From Nitrospinota bacterium (GTDB lineage Bacteria > UBA8248), in assembly GCA_030754595.1 (NCBI GenBank), contig JASLZZ010000116.1:1-62768 (forward strand): a stretch of 62,768 nucleotides of DNA. Direction: 5' to 3'. A program made the position numbers and the translations under genes. The notes below the pieces were generated by a model. It saw only the letters and a list, made by a program, of their open reading frames with translations, was not told where the DNA came from and ran no database searches. Within the stretch, counting starts at the first letter, position 1. Each line of letters starts with the position of its first letter. Of this stretch, positions 40,115-52,535 are shown in pieces.

Positions 40115-41464
40115 ATGAACGATTTGTGGGATAGGTGTCTGGAAAGAATCAAAGACGAAATTTCTCCTCAGGCATATGAGCGCTGGTTTTCGACTTCGCG
40201 CCAGGCCTCCAGCACCGATTCTACCCTCACCGTCCAGGTTCCGGATCGGTTTTTTGCTGAAACTATTCACAATCGCTATTGGGGGATTCTGGGTGATGTG
40301 GTTCGCCTGGAGGGAGGAGAAGGCGTCTCTCTTCAGATTGAATTCCCCGAGGGCTCCGCGCCCCGAAACGGAGCGGCCCCAGACTCCGGGCCCGTTCTCC
40401 TGCCTACCCCTCCGCCGGCGCCTGCTCTGCGGAAACCCGATTTCCTGAACCCAAAATATACGTTCGACACTTTTGTCATCGGCGCCTCTAATCAACTGGC
40501 ACACGCCTGCAGTCTCCAGGTCGCGGATGAGCCGGGTTCCAGGCTCAATCCTCTTTTTATTTACGGTGGTGTTGGCCTTGGCAAAACCCACCTTCTTCAC
40601 GCCATCTCCCATGGCCTTATTGAGCGACGCCCCAACGCTCGCATTTACTATACCTCGGCCGAAAATTTCATTAACGAGCTCATCGGCTCTCTTCAGCGAA
40701 ACCATATGCCCGAATTCCGGAGCAGGTTCCGAAAAATTGATGCCCTGCTTGTGGATGACATTCAGTTTATCGCCGGAAAAGAACGCACCCAGGAAGAGTT
40801 TTTCTTCACCTTCAACGCTCTTTATGAAGCGGGAAAACAAATAATCATTACCAGCGACCGTGTTCCCAGGGATACGCCCGGTCTCGAGGAGCGGCTGCGG
40901 GCTCGGTTTGTTTGGGGGATGATGGTGGATGTTGGCGCTCCGGACTTTGAGACCAAAGTAGCCATTCTCCAAAAAAAATCGGCCGAACAAAACTTTAATC
41001 TTCCCCCCGAGGTTGCCCATTTCGTCGCCGGCAAGGTCCGATCCAACATACGCGAACTTGAGGGGTGTCTAATTAAACTTATTTTTCACGCCTCCCTGCA
41101 TGGCACCGACATAGACCTGCCCATTGCCGAAGAGCTTCTCAAACAAATCATTAGAGAGCCCTCCCGGGTCACGACAATCGAAAATATTCAGCGGGTTGTT
41201 TCGGAGCACTACCAGGTAAAGGTTTCGGATTTAAAATCAAAAAACCGATCTCAGGCGTTCACCCTCCCCCGGCAGGTGGCGATGTTTCTCAGCCGCAACT
41301 TAACCTCCGCCTCCACAACCGAGATTGGCCGCCGTTTCGGCGGAAAAGATCATTCCACCGTTATTCATTCCGTCCGGAAAATCCAGAATCTTGTCGACAA
41401 GGACTCCGCTTTTTCCGCGACCGTTCAACGCCTAAGCGAGCGCGTGGACCTGTTACAGCAATAG
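40115..41464 (+). CDS. dnaA: chromosomal replication initiator
   Basis: LNPKYTFDTFV, GGVGLGKTHL, LVDDIQF, NIRELEG, FGGKDHSTVIH. Confidence 0.99.
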   Translation: MNDLWDRCLERIKDEISPQAYERWFSTSRQASSTDSTLTVQVPDRFFAETIHNRYWGILGDVVRLEGGEGVSLQIEFPEGSAPRNGAAPDSGPVLLPTPPPAPALRKPDFLNPKYTFDTFVIGASNQLAHACSLQVADEPGSRLNPLFIYGGVGLGKTHLLHAISHGLIERRPNARIYYTSAENFINELIGSLQRNHMPEFRSRFRKIDALLVDDIQFIAGKERTQEEFFFTFNALYEAGKQIIITSDRVPRDTPGLEERLRARFVWGMMVDVGAPDFETKVAILQKKSAEQNFNLPPEVAHFVAGKVRSNIRELEGCLIKLIFHASLHGTDIDLPIAEELLKQIIREPSRVTTIENIQRVVSEHYQVKVSDLKSKNRSQAFTLPRQVAMFLSRNLTSASTTEIGRRFGGKDHSTVIHSVRKIQNLVDKDSAFSATVQRLSERVDLLQQ

Positions 41465-41680
41465 GGGGTTGTTGTGAACAAATCTCCCGTTTTCCACAAC
41501 CGCCTCCCCTGTCCGTTTTTCCCCCGACCCCAACCCCCCGCCCCGCCCCCTTTTTTTCCACAACCACAAAAATATACCACAAAAGCTTTATCAAGCCCTT
41601 ACAACCCTTCTTCACATTTCCCCACCGCCTACTACTACTACTAATAGATCTTAATTAATAGAAATAAATAATAGGGGCTT
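41465..41680. other. replication origin oriC (unwinding region)
   Basis: DnaA boxes at 41473, 41490 and 41554; tandem boxes at 41608-41625; GC spacer; (CTA)5 DnaA-trios at 41629-41643; AT-rich tract to ~41675. Confidence 0.9.
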
Positions 41681-41689
41681 GGTGAAACC

Positions 41690-45390
<3,701 letters not shown>

Positions 45391-45426
45391 GCCTATATTG
45401 ACGGTAGGCCTCGGGCCTGCGATCGG

Positions 45427-46221
45427 TTGCGGCAGGCATGTCCTCCCACCCAATTTCTCGTTTTTTGTGGACGCCCGAGATTGCGGCCGGGCCCGCAAGG
45501 GGAGGACTCCGAAACGACCCTGGAAACGCTTCCCGACGGCATTCAGAATTCCCTGTCTTGGCAAGTCAGACAACACTCCCAGACAGGAAAGCCGGCCGCT
45601 TCGGCCGTCTGGCCCTTTATTACCATCTCCAAGCAATATGGCTGCGAGGGTTTCAAGCTTGCCAATCTTCTCGCCAAACGGCTCAACCCCGCTTCCCCGG
45701 CGCCGATCCCGTGGGTGGTGATGGGAAAAGAGGTGGTCGAGGAGATCGCCGAAAAAAAGGGAGATACCGCCAAATTTGTAGACGCACTAAACACCAGCTG
45801 CCGCAGCTTCATTCGCCAGACGATTGAGTCGTTGCTCGGGGGAAGGCCGACGGAGTATCAGGCCTATGAGACACTTGCCGAGGTCCACACGGCGCTCGCC
45901 GGGGCCGGCCGCGTCATTCTTTTGGGGTGTGGCGGGGGAATTGTTTGCGGGGGCGTCGAGGCGGGGGTGCACGTTCGTCTGATTGCCCCGCTATCCTGGC
46001 GCGCCAAAAAAATTGCGACTGAAAGGAAAATCGACGCCCACGAGGCCGAAGCGATTACGGTCCGGGAGGAAAGACAGCGCGAGGCGTTTGTGCGCGACTT
46101 TACGGGCGAGGATGTCGCCGATCCGCCCAGGTATGATGTCGTCTTTAACAACGCGCAGGTCGAGATCGAGACGGTGGCGGAGGCGATTTTTTCGATGATG
46201 AAAAACAAGAGACTGACCTGA
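45427..46221 (+). CDS. cytidylate kinase-like family protein (start uncertain)
   Basis: ITISKQYGCEG, VILLGCGG, HVRLIAPLSWR, YDVVFN. Confidence 0.75.
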   Translation: MRQACPPTQFLVFCGRPRLRPGPQGEDSETTLETLPDGIQNSLSWQVRQHSQTGKPAASAVWPFITISKQYGCEGFKLANLLAKRLNPASPAPIPWVVMGKEVVEEIAEKKGDTAKFVDALNTSCRSFIRQTIESLLGGRPTEYQAYETLAEVHTALAGAGRVILLGCGGGIVCGGVEAGVHVRLIAPLSWRAKKIATERKIDAHEAEAITVREERQREAFVRDFTGEDVADPPRYDVVFNNAQVEIETVAEAIFSMMKNKRLT

Positions 46222-46384
46222 TCCCTGTCGCCGCACAAAACCGGAAGCCAGGGCGTCGCCCGGCGGCGAGTCCGGATGATTGGCGCGAAAGTATGCCCCC
46301 TCCAACTCCTTGAAAAGAGAGGCGAAACGGGGGCCGTGCCCTGCGCAACCATTTGTTTTTTCAGGCCCTAACTGCGTTATTTTG

Positions 46385-46393
46385 TGGTACTAT
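46385..46393 (+). promoter_or_regulatory. candidate extended -10 promoter for gyrA
   Basis: TGGTACTAT (TGn-TACTAT) about 115 nt upstream of the gyrA ATG. Confidence 0.3.
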
Positions 46394-46508
46394 CATCGTT
46401 CGTTCTAACGCCCGCCCCGCAGCGATCACGGCGAAAGTCAGAGTTGGTTATTTCACATTGACGCGCCCTCCCGGAGGGGGGGGCGAGCGCAAGGAGAGAC
46501 CCTGGGGC

Positions 46509-48932
46509 ATGGACAATCTTCAAAGCGTCAACATCGAAGAGGAGATGAGTACATCGTTCATGGACTACGCCATGAGCGTAATCATCGCGCGGGCTCTGCC
46601 CGATGTCCGCGACGGCCTCAAGCCGGTCCACCGCCGGATCCTCGTCACGTTAAATGACCTCAGCCTGAATCATACCAAGGCCTACCGCAAGTGCGCCAAA
46701 ATCGCCGGCGACGTGAGCGGAAACTACCACCCCCACGGCGAAGCGGTCGTCTATCCCGCCCTCGCCCGGATGGCCCAGGATTTTTCGATGCGGGGTGTCC
46801 TGGTGGACGGCCAAGGCAACTTCGGTTCCGTTGACGGCGATCCGCCCGCCGCAATGCGCTACACCGAAGCACGCATGACCGAAATCGCCGAGAACATACT
46901 CACCGACATCGAAAAGGAAACTGTCGATTTCGTCGACAACTACGACAACACCCGGCGAGAGCCCTCCGTTCTTCCCTCGCGCATTCCCAATCTCCTCCTC
47001 AACGGCTCGACGGGAATCGCCGTCGGCATGGCGACGAACATACCGCCGCACAATCTCGGGGAGCTCTGTGACGCCCTTTTGCTTGTTCTGAAAAATCCGA
47101 ACGTCAAGTTCGACAAGCTGGTCAAAACGCTCCCGGGGCCGGATTTTCCCACCGCCGGAATCATCTATGGCCGCAAGGGGATACGCGACTACCACGAAAC
47201 CGGCCGGGGCCATCTCCAGCTTCGTGCGCGTGCGCTTCTGGAGATCGACGACCGCACCGGGCGCCAGCGAATCGTCATATCCGAGATTCCCTATACCGTA
47301 AACAAGGCGCGCCTGATCGAAAAGATCGCCGATCTTGTGCGCGCCGGCCGCGTGAAGGAAGTCTCGGACATCCGAGACGAGAGCGATCGGAACGGCATGC
47401 GCATCGTCGTCGAGCTCAAGCGAGACGCCGTTGGGGGCGCGGTTTTAAATCGGCTTTACAAACACACCCAGATGCAGATCACCTTCAGCGTCATCATGAT
47501 TGCCCTGCTGAACAATCAGCCGCGCGTCATGCCGATCAGGGACATGATGTCCCACTTCCTTCGTTTCCGGAGGGAGATTCTCCTCCGCCGGACGCGGTTT
47601 GATCTACGGAAAGCCGAAGAGCGCGCCCATATTCTAGAAGGCTACCGAATCGCGCTCGACAAGATTGACGCCGTGATCAAGCTCATCCGCGGGAGCAAGA
47701 CCGCAGACGTCGCCCGCCAAGGGCTGATGACGAAATTCGGCCTCACTCAAATTCAGGCCCAGGCGATCCTCGAGATGCGCCTCCAGCGTCTGACCGGGCT
47801 GGAGCGAGACAAAATCGAATCGGAATACAAGGAGCTCCGGAAGGCGATCAGGCACTTTCGGCGGATTCTGGTGGACGAAAAAATTCAGACGGGCATCCTC
47901 CAGGACGAAATCGGGGAGGTGAAGAAAAAATTCGCCGACGAGCGTCGGACGGAAATTGTCGACGAGTCGGGCGACATCGCCCCGGAAGACATGATCGTCG
48001 AGGAGGACATGGCGGTTACGATTTCGAACTCCGGCTACATCAAGCGAAACGCCATCAGTCTTTATCGCTCCCAGCGCCGCGGCGGCAAGGGCGTCGTCGG
48101 AATGAACACCAAGGAAGAGGATTTCGTCGAGCATTTATTTATAGCCTCAACCCACGACTATCTCCTCTTTTTCTCAAACAACGGGAGATGTTACTGGCTC
48201 AAGGTGTACGAGGTTCCGCAGGCGGGCCGGGCGGCGCGCGGCAAGGCCGTGGTCAACGTGCTCAACCTCTCCTCGGGCGAGAAAATCACCGCCGTTCTCC
48301 CGGTCCGAAAATTCGAGCCCGATCGCTATGTCTTTATGGCGACGAAAAACGGCACCATCAAGAAAACCGAACTCACCGCGTTTAGCCGCCCCCGCGCCGG
48401 TGGAATTATCGCGCTGGGCCTCGACGCGGGCGACGAGCTGATTGGCGTCGGCCAAACCGACGGATCGCGTGAAATCTTCATCGGGACGCAACTCGGGAAA
48501 GCGGTCCGTTTCCCCGAGGCCGCCGTGCGCCCGATGGGTCGGACGGCCCGTGGCGTTCGCGGCATCGGCCTCGCGAAGGGCGATTCCGTCGTCGGAATGG
48601 AAATCGTCTCCTCGGGAGATACGATTTTAACGGCCACCGAGCTCGGGTTTGGAAAGCGCAGCCTGATCGACGACTACCGGACCACCAACCGCGGCGGCAA
48701 GGGCGTCATTAATCTCAAGGTCACCCCGAAAAACGGAAAAGTGATCGGCGTTCGAAGGGTTAGCGAGGAAGACGAGTTCATGCTAATCACGACCGGAGGA
48801 TTAATGATAAGGGCCAGGGTCAGGGACGTTTCTGTCATCGGACGTTCCACCCAGGGGGTTCGCCTGATCGGCACAAAGGGAGCCGACCGGGTTGCGGCGT
48901 TGGGCCGAATCGAGGAAAATGGAAGCTCTTAA
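46509..48932 (+). CDS. gyrA: DNA gyrase subunit A
   Basis: RALPDVRDGLKPVHRR, YHPHG, AAMRYTE, GyrA-box QRRGGKG. Confidence 0.98.
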   Translation: MDNLQSVNIEEEMSTSFMDYAMSVIIARALPDVRDGLKPVHRRILVTLNDLSLNHTKAYRKCAKIAGDVSGNYHPHGEAVVYPALARMAQDFSMRGVLVDGQGNFGSVDGDPPAAMRYTEARMTEIAENILTDIEKETVDFVDNYDNTRREPSVLPSRIPNLLLNGSTGIAVGMATNIPPHNLGELCDALLLVLKNPNVKFDKLVKTLPGPDFPTAGIIYGRKGIRDYHETGRGHLQLRARALLEIDDRTGRQRIVISEIPYTVNKARLIEKIADLVRAGRVKEVSDIRDESDRNGMRIVVELKRDAVGGAVLNRLYKHTQMQITFSVIMIALLNNQPRVMPIRDMMSHFLRFRREILLRRTRFDLRKAEERAHILEGYRIALDKIDAVIKLIRGSKTADVARQGLMTKFGLTQIQAQAILEMRLQRLTGLERDKIESEYKELRKAIRHFRRILVDEKIQTGILQDEIGEVKKKFADERRTEIVDESGDIAPEDMIVEEDMAVTISNSGYIKRNAISLYRSQRRGGKGVVGMNTKEEDFVEHLFIASTHDYLLFFSNNGRCYWLKVYEVPQAGRAARGKAVVNVLNLSSGEKITAVLPVRKFEPDRYVFMATKNGTIKKTELTAFSRPRAGGIIALGLDAGDELIGVGQTDGSREIFIGTQLGKAVRFPEAAVRPMGRTARGVRGIGLAKGDSVVGMEIVSSGDTILTATELGFGKRSLIDDYRTTNRGGKGVINLKVTPKNGKVIGVRRVSEEDEFMLITTGGLMIRARVRDVSVIGRSTQGVRLIGTKGADRVAALGRIEENGSS

Positions 48933-50415
48933 GGTATTTGCGGGACTAGCCGTGCCGAGAACCCTCCCATCCATTTTTAGCGGGATTGTCTGCGCTGCAG
49001 CCGTGGCTATTGCCGTTGCGGGTTGTGCGGCCCGGCGGCCGCATGTGGTGTCTTCGGGTGTCGCCCCGAGTCCGCAGCGGCGCCTGGTCCCGCCTCCGCG
49101 CCCGCTGGCCAAGCCACAAAAAAAATCTCCGGCCCCCGCCCTCTTGAAGCTCATGGCCGCCACCACGGAGAGCGAAAAGGGGGAGCGCGCCTACCGGAAC
49201 GAATACTACAAGTCCGCTGCTCGTCATTTCCGAAAGGCGCTTGAGTTGACTCCCGGCTATCTCCACTCGCTGTCCGGGCTGGGATGGACCCTCTACGATT
49301 CGGGCCGGCCGGGCGAGGCTTTTCCGATCTTTCAAGACGCCCACAACCGCCACCCCCGCGACAGGGGCGTTCGCCGCGGGCTCGCCTACCTCTATTTCCG
49401 CTATGGCCGCACCGAAAAGGCAAGGGCACTTCTCGGGTCGCTTGACAGGGAGCGGTGGCCCGAACTCGCGAACATCGAAGACGAGTTGAGGGAGATGAAA
49501 TTGAAGGGCGCGCCGCTGCCCAGGCTGCCGAGCGAGAAGCGCGAAAAACCCGAAAACGGCGAAGAAAAAATTTCGGATCGCCTGTTTGGTTTTCTCAAGG
49601 AGAAGTCTCCGGCCGAACGGGAGAAAGAAGACCGGGTCCCGGAAACGCTCATGGAGGCCTTAAAGGAGCCCGTACCCGAAAAGCCCGAAAAAGAAAAACG
49701 CCCCCTTCCGAAGAAGAAAAAAGAACTCCTGCTCTCCCTGGGGAAGGGGAAATTCATCCGCGCCCAACCTCCCTCTTTTCACACCATGGTGGACGTGCCC
49801 GGCGGCTTGCTCCCGGTGGTGCGCCAGACGGCTAAAAGAATTGCGCCCTTTCGGATCGACAAGCTTGAAGTGACAAACGCCCTGTATGCCGCTTTTGTCC
49901 GAAAGGCCGGCGCGGCGAAACCGCCCTTCTGGAAATGGGCGAGATTCGTGGGGCCCCACCTTCCGGTCGTGGGGGTGACCTGGAACGAGGCAAGGGCTTA
50001 TTGCCGCTGGGCAGGCAAAAGACTTCCCGCCGAAGAGGAGTGGGAATTCGCGGCGGGACAGGGCGACAAGGATCGGAACTATCCCTGGGGAAAAAAGTTC
50101 GTGGGGCGGCACGCGGTTTTCGGGCTTCGCCCCGATCGGGGAGGCCCAAAGGCGGTTGGCCGTCGGCCCGGAGGAGCAAGTCCGTACGGCGTGGAGGATA
50201 TGTCGGGAAACGTCTGGGAATGGGTGGAAAGCCCGTTTCGCCGAAGAGAAAACGGAGCTAAGCTGGTCTCCCGCGGGGGGGTGGTTTACCGGACGCTCAG
50301 GGGCGGCTCCTGGGTGAACGGACGCGGGGCCATGCGGATTTCAAGCAGGACGGGCGCTTTGCCGGGCCGCCGGCTTCCGGTTTACGGCTTTCGGTGTGCG
50401 GCGGATTCTCCCTGA
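48919..50415 (+). CDS. TPR + FGE-sulfatase domain lipoprotein
   Basis: Lipobox AVAGC, TPR-like helices, charged linker, RLPAEEEWEFAA, DMSGNVWEW, GFRCA. Confidence 0.8.
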   Translation: MEALKVFAGLAVPRTLPSIFSGIVCAAAVAIAVAGCAARRPHVVSSGVAPSPQRRLVPPPRPLAKPQKKSPAPALLKLMAATTESEKGERAYRNEYYKSAARHFRKALELTPGYLHSLSGLGWTLYDSGRPGEAFPIFQDAHNRHPRDRGVRRGLAYLYFRYGRTEKARALLGSLDRERWPELANIEDELREMKLKGAPLPRLPSEKREKPENGEEKISDRLFGFLKEKSPAEREKEDRVPETLMEALKEPVPEKPEKEKRPLPKKKKELLLSLGKGKFIRAQPPSFHTMVDVPGGLLPVVRQTAKRIAPFRIDKLEVTNALYAAFVRKAGAAKPPFWKWARFVGPHLPVVGVTWNEARAYCRWAGKRLPAEEEWEFAAGQGDKDRNYPWGKKFVGRHAVFGLRPDRGGPKAVGRRPGGASPYGVEDMSGNVWEWVESPFRRRENGAKLVSRGGVVYRTLRGGSWVNGRGAMRISSRTGALPGRRLPVYGFRCAADSP

Positions 50416-50466
50416 GCGGTTTTGTGGTAAATAGTCTTTAAAATTCCGATTATCGATAGCCGGAGG

Positions 50467-50991
50467 GTGCGAGGAATGATTTTTAATCGATCTGCATTGA
50501 TTGGCTTGATTGCGGTCTTATTTGTCTGGGCGGGCCTGGCCGGGGGCGTTGCCGCGCAGACAACCCCCGACCCCCCCGCCCAGCTTCCGGCGGTGCCGGG
50601 AATCACGGCGCCCGCCGCCCCCTCGGGGCTCACCCCCGCCCCCGGCGCCGTTCCGCAGGTGACGCTTCCTCCCACACAGCGCCCGCTCGATTTGGTGGTG
50701 ACCATCACAATGGCCAACGGCACGTCGGAGACTTTTTCGCGCGAGATTCACCTGATGGAAGTCATCACCCTTCCGGACGGCAGGATCGAGATGGTCCACC
50801 TCGTTCTGGTTTCGGGCGGAGAGCGCAACACGCACGTTTGGTACAACTATTTCCGTGTGGCGAAACTGGGATACCGCTTTATAACCGGCGAGGGGCGGAA
50901 CAAGGTTCACATGCGCGTCGTGCACCCAACCACTCCCACCCGAGAGCTTACCGAACGGGTCGAGCCGTTGAGTCCCCGGGACTTCCGCTAA
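50467..50991 (+). CDS. hypothetical secreted protein
   Basis: Signal peptide ending VAA-Q, Pro-rich linker; co-directional in the gene string. Confidence 0.6.
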   Translation: MRGMIFNRSALIGLIAVLFVWAGLAGGVAAQTTPDPPAQLPAVPGITAPAAPSGLTPAPGAVPQVTLPPTQRPLDLVVTITMANGTSETFSREIHLMEVITLPDGRIEMVHLVLVSGGERNTHVWYNYFRVAKLGYRFITGEGRNKVHMRVVHPTTPTRELTERVEPLSPRDFR

Positions 50992-51031
50992 AACAGCCCG
51001 GCCACACAAACCGCCAGGAGGGTTTTCCGGG

Positions 51032-51925
51032 ATGTCCGGAAATGATTACGCCAACCCGGATCTAGTCTGGTCCCCCGATCGCCTGAAAGATCGGATCGGC
51101 GGCCGGAAGGGAGACGATCTGATTTTGATAGACACGCGCCCCGCGCCCAATTGGAGCGGAGGGCACATCGAGGGCTCCGCGCAACTCGATATCTACGGGA
51201 TATCACTCAACGATACGGGGCCCGAGGCGCTGGCGGCGTTTACCTGGATGCTTGCCTATCTCATGGAAATCCGGGGCGTTGATTATGGGAAGACGGTGGT
51301 TTTTTATGAAGACGCGACCGGATTTCGCGCGGCGCGCGGGTTTTGGTTTCTCGAGTATCTCGGCCACAAAGACGTTCATGTCCTCGACGGGGGGATGGCG
51401 GCCTGGAGGGATGCGGGGCATCCGGTGACGACCGAGGCCTGGCCGATGGCCCAGGGCGCCCAGGACCCGGGGCCCGGGGGGACCAGGAAAATCATACGGT
51501 CCAGCTTCGCCAGCCACCTCGAAACCCCCGACGAGGGAAAAATCGCCACGGCCGGCTATATTCTCGATCACCTCGAGGACCCTGGCATAGTGATTCACGA
51601 TACGAGGAGCGAGGGGGAGTATTTCGCCGAGAACGTGCGTGCCGCAAGAGGCGGGGCGATTCCCGGCTCGCGGCATCTTGAATGGATGGATTTTGTGGGC
51701 GAGGACGGCGCCCTTCTCCCGGCGAAGGAGCTTCGCACGATGGTGGAGAGGATCGGATGCACGGCGGACAAGGAGATCGTCCCGCTTTGTCAGGGCGGCT
51801 ACCGCTCCGCGCACGCCTATCTGGTCTATCGCCTTCTCGGCTATCCGCGCGTGAGGAACTACCTCGGCTCGTGGAAAGAGTGGGGGGACAGGACTGACCT
51901 GCCTATTGAGGTTCCAAAACGCTAG
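51032..51925 (+). CDS. thiosulfate/3-mercaptopyruvate sulfurtransferase (tandem rhodanese)
   Basis: GHIEG, VLDGG, DTRSEGEY, LCQGGYRS, YLGSWKEW. Confidence 0.93.
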   Translation: MSGNDYANPDLVWSPDRLKDRIGGRKGDDLILIDTRPAPNWSGGHIEGSAQLDIYGISLNDTGPEALAAFTWMLAYLMEIRGVDYGKTVVFYEDATGFRAARGFWFLEYLGHKDVHVLDGGMAAWRDAGHPVTTEAWPMAQGAQDPGPGGTRKIIRSSFASHLETPDEGKIATAGYILDHLEDPGIVIHDTRSEGEYFAENVRAARGGAIPGSRHLEWMDFVGEDGALLPAKELRTMVERIGCTADKEIVPLCQGGYRSAHAYLVYRLLGYPRVRNYLGSWKEWGDRTDLPIEVPKR

Positions 51926-52443
51926 CCGCCGAGACGCGGCGCGATGGTCCGGGCGATCAGACCCGCCACCGGCGGCATCCAGATCACCGACAAGACACGA
52001 ACAAGGAAAAAACCACCACCCAGAATCGGGATTTCATAAACGAGCATCCGGAACGGGCCGAAAACGGCGGTCCCCGTCAGCAGGGTCACGATGGGTCCGA
52101 CACCCGCTCCGCCCTTGAGGAGCCCCGCCACTATCGGGTAGACCACCCACGGAGCGCCGAAGGGAATGCTGCACCCGGCCACCCAACCAAGGAGGATGCC
52201 TTTCCAGCCGGAGCGGGCGGAGAGCCATTCATCGACCAGATCCTGGGGCAGGATTTCGGGCAGAACCGCCCCGATCATGAAACCCAGAATCATTTTCGGA
52301 AGGATGTCGAGAAACAAGACGCCCGCTTTTCCGGCGGCAGCGAGCGGGATCGAAGCCGATTTCTGAAAAGAGACATAGTAAAGGATAATGACAATACTCA
52401 AGAGGGCGAGTGTCGTTTTGTCCGTAACACTGGGCATCGGCAA
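51922..52443 (-). CDS. permease-like membrane protein (DUF318 type)
   Basis: Hydrophobic; LP.MILGF, WLS..SGWKGI, YPIVAGLLKGGAG, YEIPILG. Confidence 0.7.
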   Translation of the reverse strand: MPMPSVTDKTTLALLSIVIILYYVSFQKSASIPLAAAGKAGVLFLDILPKMILGFMIGAVLPEILPQDLVDEWLSARSGWKGILLGWVAGCSIPFGAPWVVYPIVAGLLKGGAGVGPIVTLLTGTAVFGPFRMLVYEIPILGGGFFLVRVLSVIWMPPVAGLIARTIAPRLGG

Positions 52444-52535
52444 ATCCCTTTCGCTGGTAGCGCGGTTGGATTGTCGGCCACTGCGGCCATGGGCGTAGCC
52501 CCCGCCGTGGGGGCTGCGCGGCGAGAACTCCGGGA

